Source of the DNA: a virus
Strand: one strand, 5' to 3'
IMG/VR virus record: IMGVR_UViG_3300011013_000008
Span: 1 to 64,000 of that record
Length of the DNA: 64,000 bases
Part shown: piece by piece, positions 44,579 to 54,653 of the stretch
Position numbering within the stretch: the first letter of the stretch is position 1
How the letters are laid out: each line of letters starts with the position of its first letter
Made by a program: the position numbers and the translations under genes
Notes under the pieces: model-generated
Database searches by the model: none
Seen by the model: the letters and a program-made list of their open reading frames with translations, nothing else
Told to the model about the DNA's origin: nothing

Positions 44579-45536
44579 AGGAATATTAGGTACTAGAACA
44601 GAGTATAAGCCTTTTCAGTATGAATGGGCATTTGATTACTATCAGATGCAAAATAAGATACATTGGATTCCTGAAGAAGTATTATTGCATGAAGATATAA
44701 AAGATTGGAATTTGAGATTATCAGACGATGATAAAGCCTTATTACAAGACTTGTTTATGCTCTTTACACAGAGCGATGTTGATGTAGCAAAAGGTTATGT
44801 TGAGAATTACATGCCATGGTTCAAATTACCAGAACTAAGAATGATGATGCTATCTATAGGTAATACAGAAGCCATTCATCAGCATGCTTATGCTTATTTG
44901 ATTGATACTTTAGGTTTTGAAGAGTCAATTTATTCTGCTTTTAATGATTATAAAGTTATGGTAGATAAGCATGAATATGTAACGCAGTATAAAGTAACTG
45001 ATATACCATCATTAATGAAGTCGCTAGCAGTATATAGCGGATTTACTGAAGGATTGCATTTATTTTCTAGTTTTGCTATTTTACTTAATTTTTCTAGATT
45101 TAATAGAATGAAGGGAATGGGACAGATTGTCACTTGGTCTATCCGTGATGAAGAACTACATATTGAAGCTATGACTAAAGTATTCAGAACTCTAGTAAAA
45201 GAAAATATTCAATACTGGACAGATGATTTCAAAAAAGAAATCTATGATATTTGTAGAACTATGGTTAAGCTAGAAGATGCTTTTATTGATAATGCTTTTA
45301 AAGACTATAAGATTGAAGGTATTACAGCAGAGGAAGCTAAGTCTTATATTAGATTTATCGCGGATAGACGCTTATTGCAGTTAGGTCTAAAAACTAATTA
45401 TGATATGAGGGAAAGTCCTTTGGATTGGATGGAAGATATGTTAAGTGGTATTGAGCATACAAACTTTTTTGAGAATAGAGCTACAGAATACTCTAAGGGA
45501 GCTATGACTGGTAGTTGGCAGGATGTTTGGAAATGA
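44550..45536 (+). CDS. nrdB: ribonucleotide reductase class I beta subunit
   Basis: W.PEEV, FTQSD, EAIH..AY, EG..LFSSF, RDEELH, NFFE.R.TEY. Confidence 0.95.
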   Translation: MTKNVLAANKGILGTRTEYKPFQYEWAFDYYQMQNKIHWIPEEVLLHEDIKDWNLRLSDDDKALLQDLFMLFTQSDVDVAKGYVENYMPWFKLPELRMMMLSIGNTEAIHQHAYAYLIDTLGFEESIYSAFNDYKVMVDKHEYVTQYKVTDIPSLMKSLAVYSGFTEGLHLFSSFAILLNFSRFNRMKGMGQIVTWSIRDEELHIEAMTKVFRTLVKENIQYWTDDFKKEIYDICRTMVKLEDAFIDNAFKDYKIEGITAEEAKSYIRFIADRRLLQLGLKTNYDMRESPLDWMEDMLSGIEHTNFFENRATEYSKGAMTGSWQDVWK

Positions 45537-45572
45537 ATAAGTTGGATACAGGAACTGGCTAACTTAGTAGAG

Positions 45573-45603
45573 AAGGAAGAGTAGTAACTACTCTTCCTTT
45601 TTT
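45573..45603. terminator. terminator at the convergent early/late junction
   Basis: AAGGAAGAGTAG-TAA-CTACTCTTCC + T run. Confidence 0.75.
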
Positions 45604-45872
45604 ATTGCCTGTAATAAGTTAAGCAACTCTTTAATATAACCTTCTAGTGTTATTTTTGTAGCTACATAGGCTTTGCCTATAGTAGCATAGTCGGTTCTAT
45701 TTTGTTCTACTAATAAATCAGTAGGTAAGACAGGTTCGGGTGGTATATCAAATTTAGGTATTTGATATACAGGTACATCAACATACTTAGTTTTATATAC
45801 TATTTGTGGCTTTGGCTTAGGACAGCCAACGAGGAAACTACTAATTAGTAGTACTAATATTAATCGCTTCAT
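45588..45872 (-). CDS. o-spanin (lipoprotein)
   Basis: signal peptide with LVGC lipobox, Pro-rich, overlaps the i-spanin end. Confidence 0.8.
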   Translation of the reverse strand: MKRLILVLLISSFLVGCPKPKPQIVYKTKYVDVPVYQIPKFDIPPEPVLPTDLLVEQNRTDYATIGKAYVATKITLEGYIKELLNLLQAIKKEE

Positions 45873-46215
45873 CTAACATCCACTCCATTGTATCAGTACA
45901 ACCTTCTAGTTGTTTTTTATTAATTGAATTAAGTTGCTTGGACACATTACTCTTTAGTTTAACATTTTCAGTGCTAGCTTTACTTAATTTACTATTAGTA
46001 TCTTCTAACTTTCTATTAAAGTTATCTATAATAGAATTTTGATGAGTAATAGCTTGTTTTAAATTTTCAGCAGAAGCTTCACAGATAGTAAGTTGAGCTT
46101 TTGCCATTCCTAGTGCATTATCTTTATCACTAATTACACCATTAAGATAAAAGACATACCCTGACATAGTTAATAAAACTACGCCAAGGATAGCAGATAT
46201 ATATTTACTAATCAT
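45841..46215 (-). CDS. i-spanin
   Basis: N-terminal TM helix plus coiled coil, after the endolysin. Confidence 0.8.
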   Translation of the reverse strand: MISKYISAILGVVLLTMSGYVFYLNGVISDKDNALGMAKAQLTICEASAENLKQAITHQNSIIDNFNRKLEDTNSKLSKASTENVKLKSNVSKQLNSINKKQLEGCTDTMEWMLDEAINISTTN

Positions 46216-46239
46216 CTTTCTCAGTATCTATAAAAATAC

Positions 46240-46665
46240 TCATCTGCTTAATATCTCCCAATGTGGTAAGTCATCAAAGGATTGATCTGAAAAATCTCCA
46301 TCACCATCCCAATCTCCTCCCCATCTTACTTTTATTCCAAGTTGAACAGCAGTACATTTAACATAACCAGCAAAATGATAAAATCTAGCAATTGCTTTCT
46401 GTCTTTCTTTTTTAGTACCTGTATTACCCCAATTAATTGGATAAGGTGATACATCAACTGCTTCACTAAGATAAGAATTATGCTTAGAGTTAGGCCACTG
46501 TACTTTTGATCTTTTAGTAGAATAAGCGTATTGTTGGTCTATCTTACTTCTATGCCCTTGTAATATAGTACAATCATAATACTTAATTACAGTATTAAAT
46601 AAATCCTGTAATTCAGGAACACAAGTATCTAATCTATCCTTAGATGTTTTACTAAAGTTACTCAT
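46240..46665 (-). CDS. endolysin, peptidase M15 (L-Ala-D-Glu type)
   Basis: FS..S..RL, G.RS...Q, SKH....AVD, RWGGDW, DLPHWE. Confidence 0.92.
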   Translation of the reverse strand: MSNFSKTSKDRLDTCVPELQDLFNTVIKYYDCTILQGHRSKIDQQYAYSTKRSKVQWPNSKHNSYLSEAVDVSPYPINWGNTGTKKERQKAIARFYHFAGYVKCTAVQLGIKVRWGGDWDGDGDFSDQSFDDLPHWEILSR

Positions 46666-47000
46666 TTTTTACAATGTACCCCCCTGTAATCATGCCTATC
46701 TAGGTATCGGCATATTTCTACACCGAGCTTATTTCTAAGGCTACCTTTAGGCTCTTCGTATTTGTATCTAGTTACTCTATTTGTAACTAGATCCTTCCAA
46801 GACTTAGATGGCCCACCTATAAAAGGCATAAAGATAAAATACTTATCTAGCAGCCAGTCTAGGGCTACAAATACAACTTCTAGAGGATATAGTAAATACT
46901 CAAATTTAGTATCTTGTAACTTAGCCATTAAGCTCATTAAAATTGGAAAGGTTACTAGCAGAGTTACTGCTAGTAGAAGGAAGTATAAAAATATATTCAT
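46662..47000 (-). CDS. membrane protein, possible holin
   Basis: two hydrophobic segments, basic C-terminus, directly upstream of the endolysin. Confidence 0.45.
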   Translation of the reverse strand: MNIFLYFLLLAVTLLVTFPILMSLMAKLQDTKFEYLLYPLEVVFVALDWLLDKYFIFMPFIGGPSKSWKDLVTNRVTRYKYEEPKGSLRNKLGVEICRYLDRHDYRGVHCKK

Positions 47001-47012
47001 TAATTTCTCCTA

Positions 47013-47486
47013 TTATGGATTAAAGTTATCTGCAAGAGTTCCATTTATCTCCGCCTGATTACTTGCGTCCCTTATTGTTTTTATTTGAGACCAGATAGAC
47101 TTAATGACATCGGACTCCGCTTGCTCAGTGACGGTAAGTGCTGCGCCAGTGGCTATCTTGTTTGTTAGCTCCAGCTCTCTAGCAATCATGTTTCGCTGCT
47201 TAACTTCATCTGCTATTGCTAATATTGCAGATGAGGCTTTAGACTTAATTTTAGCTACTCTTAATTCTTCTATAGTATTTGCTTCTTCTATAGTATAGTC
47301 AAAAGAACTCATTAATGCATCTAGAGTTGCTTGATCTATACCTTGAACATCTAAATTGAAGACTGTAAGATCTGGTTCACCATTTACTTCAGGATGACTT
47401 GTATATAAATCTTCTGTACGAACACCTAAATAATTAGCTAATAACTGTAAGTTAATATTAACTGGAAAATTATTTATTATACTCAT
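47013..47486 (-). CDS. tail fibre assembly/chaperone-like protein
   Basis: follows the fibre gene; KQRN...W..I..IR.ASN pattern. Confidence 0.6.
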   Translation of the reverse strand: MSIINNFPVNINLQLLANYLGVRTEDLYTSHPEVNGEPDLTVFNLDVQGIDQATLDALMSSFDYTIEEANTIEELRVAKIKSKASSAILAIADEVKQRNMIARELELTNKIATGAALTVTEQAESDVIKSIWSQIKTIRDASNQAEINGTLADNFNP

Positions 47487-50400
47487 GCTTTATACCCCCA
47501 AGCTATATATCGTGCTGTATTAGCACTCATACTTATATCCCTATGCACTACAAAATTTGATGTAGTTATATAGTGCACATGTATTCCTACAGCGTCAGAT
47601 ATAGAGCTATCATTTGGAATAGCCATTGTTAAAAATGGAGTAGTAAAAGTTAATCCTGAGTGATAAGAAACCGTTTGATTGTTTACTGTATTTGAAGCAA
47701 ATGTACCCCAAATAATTAATAAACCATCATTAAAGTGTTTATACCCTTGTGTAGAAGAACCAATACTCTTTGCCCTAGTAACTGAAAATTCATTCCACCG
47801 TGAACTTAGATAAGCATGCATGGAATTACCATCAGAAGGAACCCACATAGATCCTTCATAAGCACCAGCAGGCTTATAGCTTGCAATAGATGGCTCTATA
47901 TACAATGGAACTCCCTCTGCAGTAGATGCAAATGCTGTTACTCCAATAGCTCCTTTTGAATTGCCATTAGTTCCTCCTTCAACCCCTCTAACATAGCCAT
48001 AACCAATTATAGCACTAGAATATCCTGATTTATAATTCTGCGCACGTATAGTATATGTAGGCCCATTACTTTCAGCATGAATAGCTTGATACTTTCCTGT
48101 AGTTGCTAAACTAGAGCCTAACTTTAGAACAGTATTATCTGTACCATATCCAAGATTAATACCAATAGTAGCTACTTTATAGTTATTACTATCATAAAAT
48201 TCAGCTTCATTAGTTGTTGAATTTAATACCATTCTCTGGCCAGTAGATTTTGTTTGTACTGTTCTAGCAGTTAATGTACCAGCAGTAATTTTGTCTGCGC
48301 TAAGTGATCCTATTTGGGCATCAGTGATTGTACCATTAGCTATTTGTGTATTATCTACTTGGTTTAATAAAGCTAATTTACCTTGTCCAGCTATACCAGC
48401 AGCTATATTACTAGCTGTTATATCAGCATTAGGGTTAGTCCTTGAAATTACCAAGCCTTGTACAAGTGGTTCACCAAAAGTGTTAAATGAATTAATCTGT
48501 AAAAATGGTGCGATTGATGTTGTTCCAGATGCAATTACCAACTCACCTGTTAAATATGTCCAATCATTACCAGCAGCTAAATTTACTGCATAAGGCCACA
48601 AATTCTGTGCTACCCCACCTATCCACTGTCTATACCCGAACTGCGTTAGTTGCGTTGTAGCCTGTGTATTAATCCAACACGCCCAGTACATTGTTTCACC
48701 CGGCGTTACTGGTATTCTATTGGTTTGGTCATAATTATCTCTCTGGGTTAGCTTTAGAGCGTGTGTATATCCGTCTAATGCTGACACACCTGCAACTGAT
48801 GAAATAGCCACGACACTTCCACTTGTCCAATCACCTTTAAATAAACTATCAGTGAACGTGCCTGTATTTAATAAATTTGCACCAGTTGCATTAGCCATCG
48901 CAATAGTTCTTGCGGTAGTTATATCCTGTTGCGTTTGAGCATCTGATTGGTTTTGTGTAGCATTTAAAGCGCCAGTGTATCCAATATCTGCGGGAGTAGT
49001 GTTAGCATTTAATAGCTGAGTATCACCTACAACAGTTCCACCATAGTTTTTAATATTTACCCCAGATTGAGCTCCTACTGTTGCTTGGGGTTCATAGTTA
49101 AAATTAGGCGTTAATAAAATTCCTACTGGAGAGTAAGTTGTGCCTAAACTATTGCCTACTGTTTGATTATCATTAATCCAAGCAGTCGACCCAGTACCTT
49201 TTCTCCATATACCCTCTAACCTTACAGATGTATAATTTGTTGTGTACGCATATATAGTCCATTTGTATGAATTTATAGGGTTTCCAATTGCTTCTCTGTA
49301 TACTTTGAATCTGGCATCAAATTGAGTTTGATTATCCACAGATACAGAAAACACACTTGAGCCAATTCCTAAGGGTGAACCACTAGTAACAACCCCACTA
49401 ATTGATACACGAGCTGAATTAGTATATCTACCTGTAGAAGAACCCAAGTTTGCAGTTCCGTTAAATGACCAACTTGTCCAATTATTAACTAATGTGAAAG
49501 ACGCAACTTTATACCAGCCATTAGCATTATGATTATTATCAACTTGACAACTAATGTAATATTCTCTATTGGCTGTCGCTAAATCATTACCATTGTATCG
49601 TTTTAGTATTTCACTGGAATTTATTACATCAGACCATTGCTGATTAGTATTTAATACAGTAGTATCAGAAGGTTGCCCAGATATATTACTATTCCAAGTT
49701 GAACCAGCTGTTGCACCAGCCTCTGAAGGAGCATTTATAGTCTGTAACACATCAATATCAGAATTAGAATAAATTTCTTTCTTTTTCCAAGCTGACCAAG
49801 TAGGATAACTAGTTGGGTTAACTTCACGAGTCCATTCTTCAGACTCATTAGCAGCACTGATTGCTGCTAGATAAAATACTTGAGTTGCTCTATTACTAGC
49901 ATACCAGTGTGTAACTACACCACCATAAGTATCAGGCCAAGTATTATTATTAACTACTTGAAACATTAAGAAAGGTGCTTTATCTAGTGTAGCATATACT
50001 GAAGCATTATCTGTACCAGCATAGGCATTATCAGCTAGTGTTTTTACAACATTATCTGTATACGCTTTAGCATTAGCCTCTGCAGTATTAGCGGATGCCT
50101 GCGCATCAACTAGATTCTGTGTACCAGATACACCAGTTATAGCATTAGGAGTTCTTACACTAACATTACCAGTAGTATCTTCAGCAATAGCCCAATAGTA
50201 CATAGTAGCATATTGGTTATCAACATCAGTTAAAGTAGTACCACTAGTAGTACCAATTACCTTTTTAGAAGCATCATTCCAATTATTAACATTAGCACTA
50301 TATATAGTAGTATGTTTAAAGTCTAAATCAGTAGGATTAGTCCAACTAATTTTTATCTGACCGTCTAAACCGGAGGTAACATTTAGTCCTGTTACTGGAT

Positions 50401-53035
50401 TAGGTGCTGCACTTTTCCCTACAACTGTACCACTAGCACTGACAGTAGTATATATATTAGAATTTTCTATATTAGGATCAGTATACTTTATAGTTGCTGC
50501 TACACTAACAAGATCTTGATCTTTAACATCTCTAATAAAATACTGTTCATCACTAGGATTTAAAGTTACTGTTCTAGTTTCGTTAGCACTAACACCAGAG
50601 GTAATATTTATAACTAACTCTAACAACGTTCTTGTTTCTTGAGTAGGAGCTGTCCAAGTAACTTTTGCCTGTGGTAATACTGTACCATCTCCAGTTTTAT
50701 ATAAAGTACTATTATCAGAAGTAATAGTTAAAGCTGAAACTGGACTTAAGTCAGGAGAACTAGAATAAGAAGTTGTTGGAGAATACTTTATAGGCTCTAA
50801 AGTAGTTTTATCCCAAACATAAGCACTGCTACCTTCTTGTCTTATTTTTAGAACTATTTTGCTATCCTGCAACGACCATGAAGTAACAGAAAATATATTA
50901 TTTCCATTAGTATCAGACCAACCAAGTCTATCTATATTTACTTTTATAAAAGACCCAACAGGTATTTCCATAACACTAAGATTACAGATTAAAGTTGCAC
51001 TAACTCCTAGTCTTGCTCTCTGTAAGCTAATTCTAGCTAAGCGTTGAGCATCAAAATTACTAGTAGTAAAAGGATACTTAACACTATGTAATAATTCATA
51101 ACCTCCATCTTCTAAAATATAATTAGAATGAGTTTGTTTTGGAAAATCACTCTCTTCCCATTTATTAGCAGGATTTTTAATCGTACCAGATACAGTATTT
51201 ATTAGATTTGCAGAACCTGCAGATCCATCAACAGTAACATCACCAGCTAAATTAGATTCATCTATAGTAAATGTAGGAGTATTATAAGCACCAGGTATAG
51301 CTAAAAATTTACCTTGAACATAAGGTAAAGTTCCAGCACCAGCAGCTAATAAGTTTTCTAAGTTACTAATAGGACTTTGAGCTGTATCAACAATACCATT
51401 AATAGTATATCTAGGACTCTGTATACGTATATTAGTTACTGTAAAGTCTTGCTCAACTTTAAAAGTAATTACAGTTCTAGTATTATTAGCCTCGTAATAA
51501 GAATCTTCTATATAATATCTAGCTTTACTAATAACTTCTTCAGTATTAGTATCTAATAAAGGAGTAGGCTCTCCATTAATAACAGTTTCACCAATTCTAG
51601 TATATACTAAATTAGTAGTAGAACCGCCAATAATAATTTCTTCATATTTAACATAGTAATCTGTTTGGTCACCAGTTACATATAAAGTTTTAACATTAGT
51701 ATTTGTAGAGTAAGGCCCATCAATAGCAGATAGAGTACTACCAGTTAGATTAACTATTTCATCAGCTACATTAGCTGCCTCAATAATATTAGAATTAGAT
51801 ATCTCAGAAGATTTCACTCCAATTCCATACAAGGAGTTATCAGAATTTCCAATTCTACCATAGTAGTTACCACTAGATAGATAATCTCTTAGACATAGTG
51901 CCCAGTTATCGGAATATTCCCAAGTACTAGAATCAGTTTCTGATTGTAGGGTAGCCCAATTTTGACCAAGAATTACATCACCAAGAAAAGCTTGTAAAAA
52001 AGATAAGAATATACCCGCAGTATGAGCTTTAATACATCTATATGTTTTTCCAGAAGCACTAGTTACTTTATCATCTACAGCATAAGCAGTATTACCAGAC
52101 CAATTACCTCTATCATTTAATGTAAAATTAGCTTCAGACTGTCTAGGATCAAATACACGTTTACCTCTAATTACACATCTAACTTTAGGTATACCAGAAT
52201 ATAATTCTGGGTCATATTTAAAGCGTAGATATACATATGCAGTATTGGTTAGTATATGGTCAGTAGACCATTGTCTACCCTCAACTGGTTCAGTTCTACC
52301 ACTACCACTATACGGTACAAAAGGTAAAGTATCACTATAACGTTCAGGATCGAATACAATTGATCCATCTATATTTACTACTCCACCACCCATTTTAAAT
52401 TTAGAATGGTTACTAAATACCTTAGTTTCATCTATAGTAATAGATGTAGGACTTATAGCAGTTACACCATATGGTTCATAGTATTTTAAATTAGAACTAT
52501 CAGATATAGATCCAGCATCATATTGTTTATCAACATTAGCTAGAATAAAATTATCTCCAGTAGTTTGATTACCTCTGTAACCAATAAATTCTATTTTATC
52601 TTTATATTTATTATCTACTAGTTTTAATAAGCCATTAACAACATCAAGTTTAAATACAAGGTCTTCACCAATATATACTTCTTCTATACCATCTATTTCA
52701 TGGGCAGCTATTGCAACTGCTAGATTTAAGTAACCACCTGACTCCTTTTGCTCTGTAATACGTCCACCAGATAAATCACTTTCATATTTTAAGTAATATC
52801 TATCTAATACATCTAGAAATACTGCAGTACCACCTACCATAGTACGTCCATAAACAATTTTATGTGATTCTGAAGCACTTCTTACTACTAAATTCTGTGA
52901 ACCTAAATCTTCATTAGAGCTGGGGGCTAAAATTGCTCCAAGTATATAAGCATCTATAATATTAGCTGCTAGTACAGAAAAAAATAGTGCTCCCCCTTGT
53001 AAGCCTAAAGTACCTACATAAGCCGCTGCTGGCAT
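47483..53035 (-). CDS. tail tip / central fibre (host-specificity J-like) protein
   Basis: IVYGRT.VGG, G..V.DPR, SDNWALCLRDYL, FN3-like units, LSADKITAGT, C-terminal GLLIIWG. Confidence 0.88.
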   Translation of the reverse strand: MPAAAYVGTLGLQGGALFFSVLAANIIDAYILGAILAPSSNEDLGSQNLVVRSASESHKIVYGRTMVGGTAVFLDVLDRYYLKYESDLSGGRITEQKESGGYLNLAVAIAAHEIDGIEEVYIGEDLVFKLDVVNGLLKLVDNKYKDKIEFIGYRGNQTTGDNFILANVDKQYDAGSISDSSNLKYYEPYGVTAISPTSITIDETKVFSNHSKFKMGGGVVNIDGSIVFDPERYSDTLPFVPYSGSGRTEPVEGRQWSTDHILTNTAYVYLRFKYDPELYSGIPKVRCVIRGKRVFDPRQSEANFTLNDRGNWSGNTAYAVDDKVTSASGKTYRCIKAHTAGIFLSFLQAFLGDVILGQNWATLQSETDSSTWEYSDNWALCLRDYLSSGNYYGRIGNSDNSLYGIGVKSSEISNSNIIEAANVADEIVNLTGSTLSAIDGPYSTNTNVKTLYVTGDQTDYYVKYEEIIIGGSTTNLVYTRIGETVINGEPTPLLDTNTEEVISKARYYIEDSYYEANNTRTVITFKVEQDFTVTNIRIQSPRYTINGIVDTAQSPISNLENLLAAGAGTLPYVQGKFLAIPGAYNTPTFTIDESNLAGDVTVDGSAGSANLINTVSGTIKNPANKWEESDFPKQTHSNYILEDGGYELLHSVKYPFTTSNFDAQRLARISLQRARLGVSATLICNLSVMEIPVGSFIKVNIDRLGWSDTNGNNIFSVTSWSLQDSKIVLKIRQEGSSAYVWDKTTLEPIKYSPTTSYSSSPDLSPVSALTITSDNSTLYKTGDGTVLPQAKVTWTAPTQETRTLLELVINITSGVSANETRTVTLNPSDEQYFIRDVKDQDLVSVAATIKYTDPNIENSNIYTTVSASGTVVGKSAAPNPVTGLNVTSGLDGQIKISWTNPTDLDFKHTTIYSANVNNWNDASKKVIGTTSGTTLTDVDNQYATMYYWAIAEDTTGNVSVRTPNAITGVSGTQNLVDAQASANTAEANAKAYTDNVVKTLADNAYAGTDNASVYATLDKAPFLMFQVVNNNTWPDTYGGVVTHWYASNRATQVFYLAAISAANESEEWTREVNPTSYPTWSAWKKKEIYSNSDIDVLQTINAPSEAGATAGSTWNSNISGQPSDTTVLNTNQQWSDVINSSEILKRYNGNDLATANREYYISCQVDNNHNANGWYKVASFTLVNNWTSWSFNGTANLGSSTGRYTNSARVSISGVVTSGSPLGIGSSVFSVSVDNQTQFDARFKVYREAIGNPINSYKWTIYAYTTNYTSVRLEGIWRKGTGSTAWINDNQTVGNSLGTTYSPVGILLTPNFNYEPQATVGAQSGVNIKNYGGTVVGDTQLLNANTTPADIGYTGALNATQNQSDAQTQQDITTARTIAMANATGANLLNTGTFTDSLFKGDWTSGSVVAISSVAGVSALDGYTHALKLTQRDNYDQTNRIPVTPGETMYWACWINTQATTQLTQFGYRQWIGGVAQNLWPYAVNLAAGNDWTYLTGELVIASGTTSIAPFLQINSFNTFGEPLVQGLVISRTNPNADITASNIAAGIAGQGKLALLNQVDNTQIANGTITDAQIGSLSADKITAGTLTARTVQTKSTGQRMVLNSTTNEAEFYDSNNYKVATIGINLGYGTDNTVLKLGSSLATTGKYQAIHAESNGPTYTIRAQNYKSGYSSAIIGYGYVRGVEGGTNGNSKGAIGVTAFASTAEGVPLYIEPSIASYKPAGAYEGSMWVPSDGNSMHAYLSSRWNEFSVTRAKSIGSSTQGYKHFNDGLLIIWGTFASNTVNNQTVSYHSGLTFTTPFLTMAIPNDSSISDAVGIHVHYITTSNFVVHRDISMSANTARYIAWGYKA

Positions 53036-53036
53036 A

Positions 53037-53438
53037 TTAAATCTCCCATCTATATATACAATCTTTTAAGTCTACGTAGCATATTCCAGATCCTTCTTTT
53101 AAGAATACTACTTTACTACCAATACAAATACCTAGTGATGCTTGTATTCCTTCATTACGTTGTATTAAATCTCCTCGCTTAGCATATGGTAAGCTAGAGT
53201 ATTTTTGTTTCAAAGCTCTAGAAACCTGGTCCTGCATAGGTTCTGACTTCTGAGCTCTTAAAGCTTCCCTTTTATTTGACCAAGTAGGTTTCCATTCAAA
53301 ATCACTAATCTTCTTTATTACACTAATTGACCATATAGTACAATCATTTTTACCATATTCAAATTTAAGTGTTTTAGCTTTTTCAATCTCTGAATATAAT
53401 ATTTGTTCCCAATTATCCTTTCTAGTCAGGCTCCCCAT
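53037..53438 (-). CDS. NlpC/P60-like tail tip protein (DUF6950-like)
   Basis: FEYGKNDC, AKRGD, LGICIG. Confidence 0.75.
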   Translation of the reverse strand: MGSLTRKDNWEQILYSEIEKAKTLKFEYGKNDCTIWSISVIKKISDFEWKPTWSNKREALRAQKSEPMQDQVSRALKQKYSSLPYAKRGDLIQRNEGIQASLGICIGSKVVFLKEGSGICYVDLKDCIYRWEI

Positions 53439-54043
53439 ACTACTTCCTTATTTACTAAATCTGCAACATTATCAAAGCCTCTATCAGTTCCTAATATTAG
53501 TTTCTGAGTACCAGAATTATATCTTTTAACTCTAGGACGTTCCCAGTCTGCTAAAATAGATTCTAACTCTAATGATACATCAGCTGCATTATCTTGTAAG
53601 TTTACCTTTAATATAGACATAAATCCTTTAAATAGTAATATAGGATCTTGTATAACAGTATGAGTATCCTTATTTAGTACTGCTAGAGCTAACATAGCAT
53701 CTCCACCATAGTAATCTTTTGCTAATGCTAGAGCTATGTATGAGGAATCAATACCATTTAACTTAACTGTTAGGTTATTAGACTTTAGTTCCAATGATTC
53801 TTCAGTGGAAGATATTGAAGCAATACCCCCTACACCTATATATGTTGCAGCAGGTAGGATATTACTATTAACTAACGTAATATCTGTTAATGAACCTGCA
53901 AAGTATTTTTGAAATCGTGTATCTGGGCCAGTACCATCTTTATCTGGGAAATCTAAATATAGTAGTGGTACAGCAACTAACTGATTACTAGTTAGTTGTG
54001 CATTGACATCTACATGTAAATTTCTATCTAAAGTTACTGCCAT
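53426..54043 (-). CDS. minor tail / hub protein
   Basis: Y.GVG...IS..EES, F.G.M, L.DWERPR..RY, D.GF..V..L..K...WG. Confidence 0.75.
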   Translation of the reverse strand: MAVTLDRNLHVDVNAQLTSNQLVAVPLLYLDFPDKDGTGPDTRFQKYFAGSLTDITLVNSNILPAATYIGVGGIASISSTEESLELKSNNLTVKLNGIDSSYIALALAKDYYGGDAMLALAVLNKDTHTVIQDPILLFKGFMSILKVNLQDNAADVSLELESILADWERPRVKRYNSGTQKLILGTDRGFDNVADLVNKEVVWGA

Positions 54044-54044
54044 T

Positions 54045-54653
54045 TTAAAATCCCTCTATACATTCTATACTTATATTTGATAGTAATGCTTCATTATTAC
54101 TAGTCCATCTTGATTCATTACTAGATAACATCATAGTAACACTATAATCTGTTAAAGTTATAGCAGCGGCATTACTTGGAGATATTCTTATTGGGGGTTC
54201 AAAAGTAATAGTAGCATTACCGCTAACATCAGAAGTCACATCTTTAGTAACCATTTTTAACTCACCATTACTAAATTGAAAATAATCTCCTTTTAATAAT
54301 AGTCCTGATTGGCTCGCTGTCCAACCTGAAGTAGTTACTGTATTCCCTACCTGATTTGCACCATTGACGGTCACCGCGCCAGGGGCGCTGATTGACCCGC
54401 GTGGTGCTGGGTGGGTGAAATCGGTAAGAAAAAACCTACCGCTAGAACCTCTCAATTGAGCCAAGAAGGCAGACATGAGTCTGCCTTCGTAAGGCTCTAG
54501 GTCACTAAAAGATAATGAACATACCCATCTAGCTCCGGGTATCTCAATAGTTTGAGTACTACCCGATAAGGTACTAGTGTTTATCTGTGTATTATATTTA
54601 ATACCGAAAGATGAAGAACTAGGTATAACATTTGGAAAGGGTATTGTTGCCAT
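54045..54653 (-). CDS. distal tail protein
   Basis: follows the tape measure; G.RW...L, FLA.LRG..GRF, GDYF, FEPP.R. Confidence 0.75.
   Translation of the reverse strand: MATIPFPNVIPSSSSFGIKYNTQINTSTLSGSTQTIEIPGARWVCSLSFSDLEPYEGRLMSAFLAQLRGSSGRFFLTDFTHPAPRGSISAPGAVTVNGANQVGNTVTTSGWTASQSGLLLKGDYFQFSNGELKMVTKDVTSDVSGNATITFEPPIRISPSNAAAITLTDYSVTMMLSSNESRWTSNNEALLSNISIECIEGF

Noticed and set aside
33390-45536. Introns, inteins or homing endonucleases in pol, helicases or nrdAB
   Set aside because: The ORFs are continuous and of normal length
47483-53035. Diversity-generating retroelement or invertible tail-fibre cassette
   Set aside because: No reverse transcriptase, invertase or template/variable repeat pair seen
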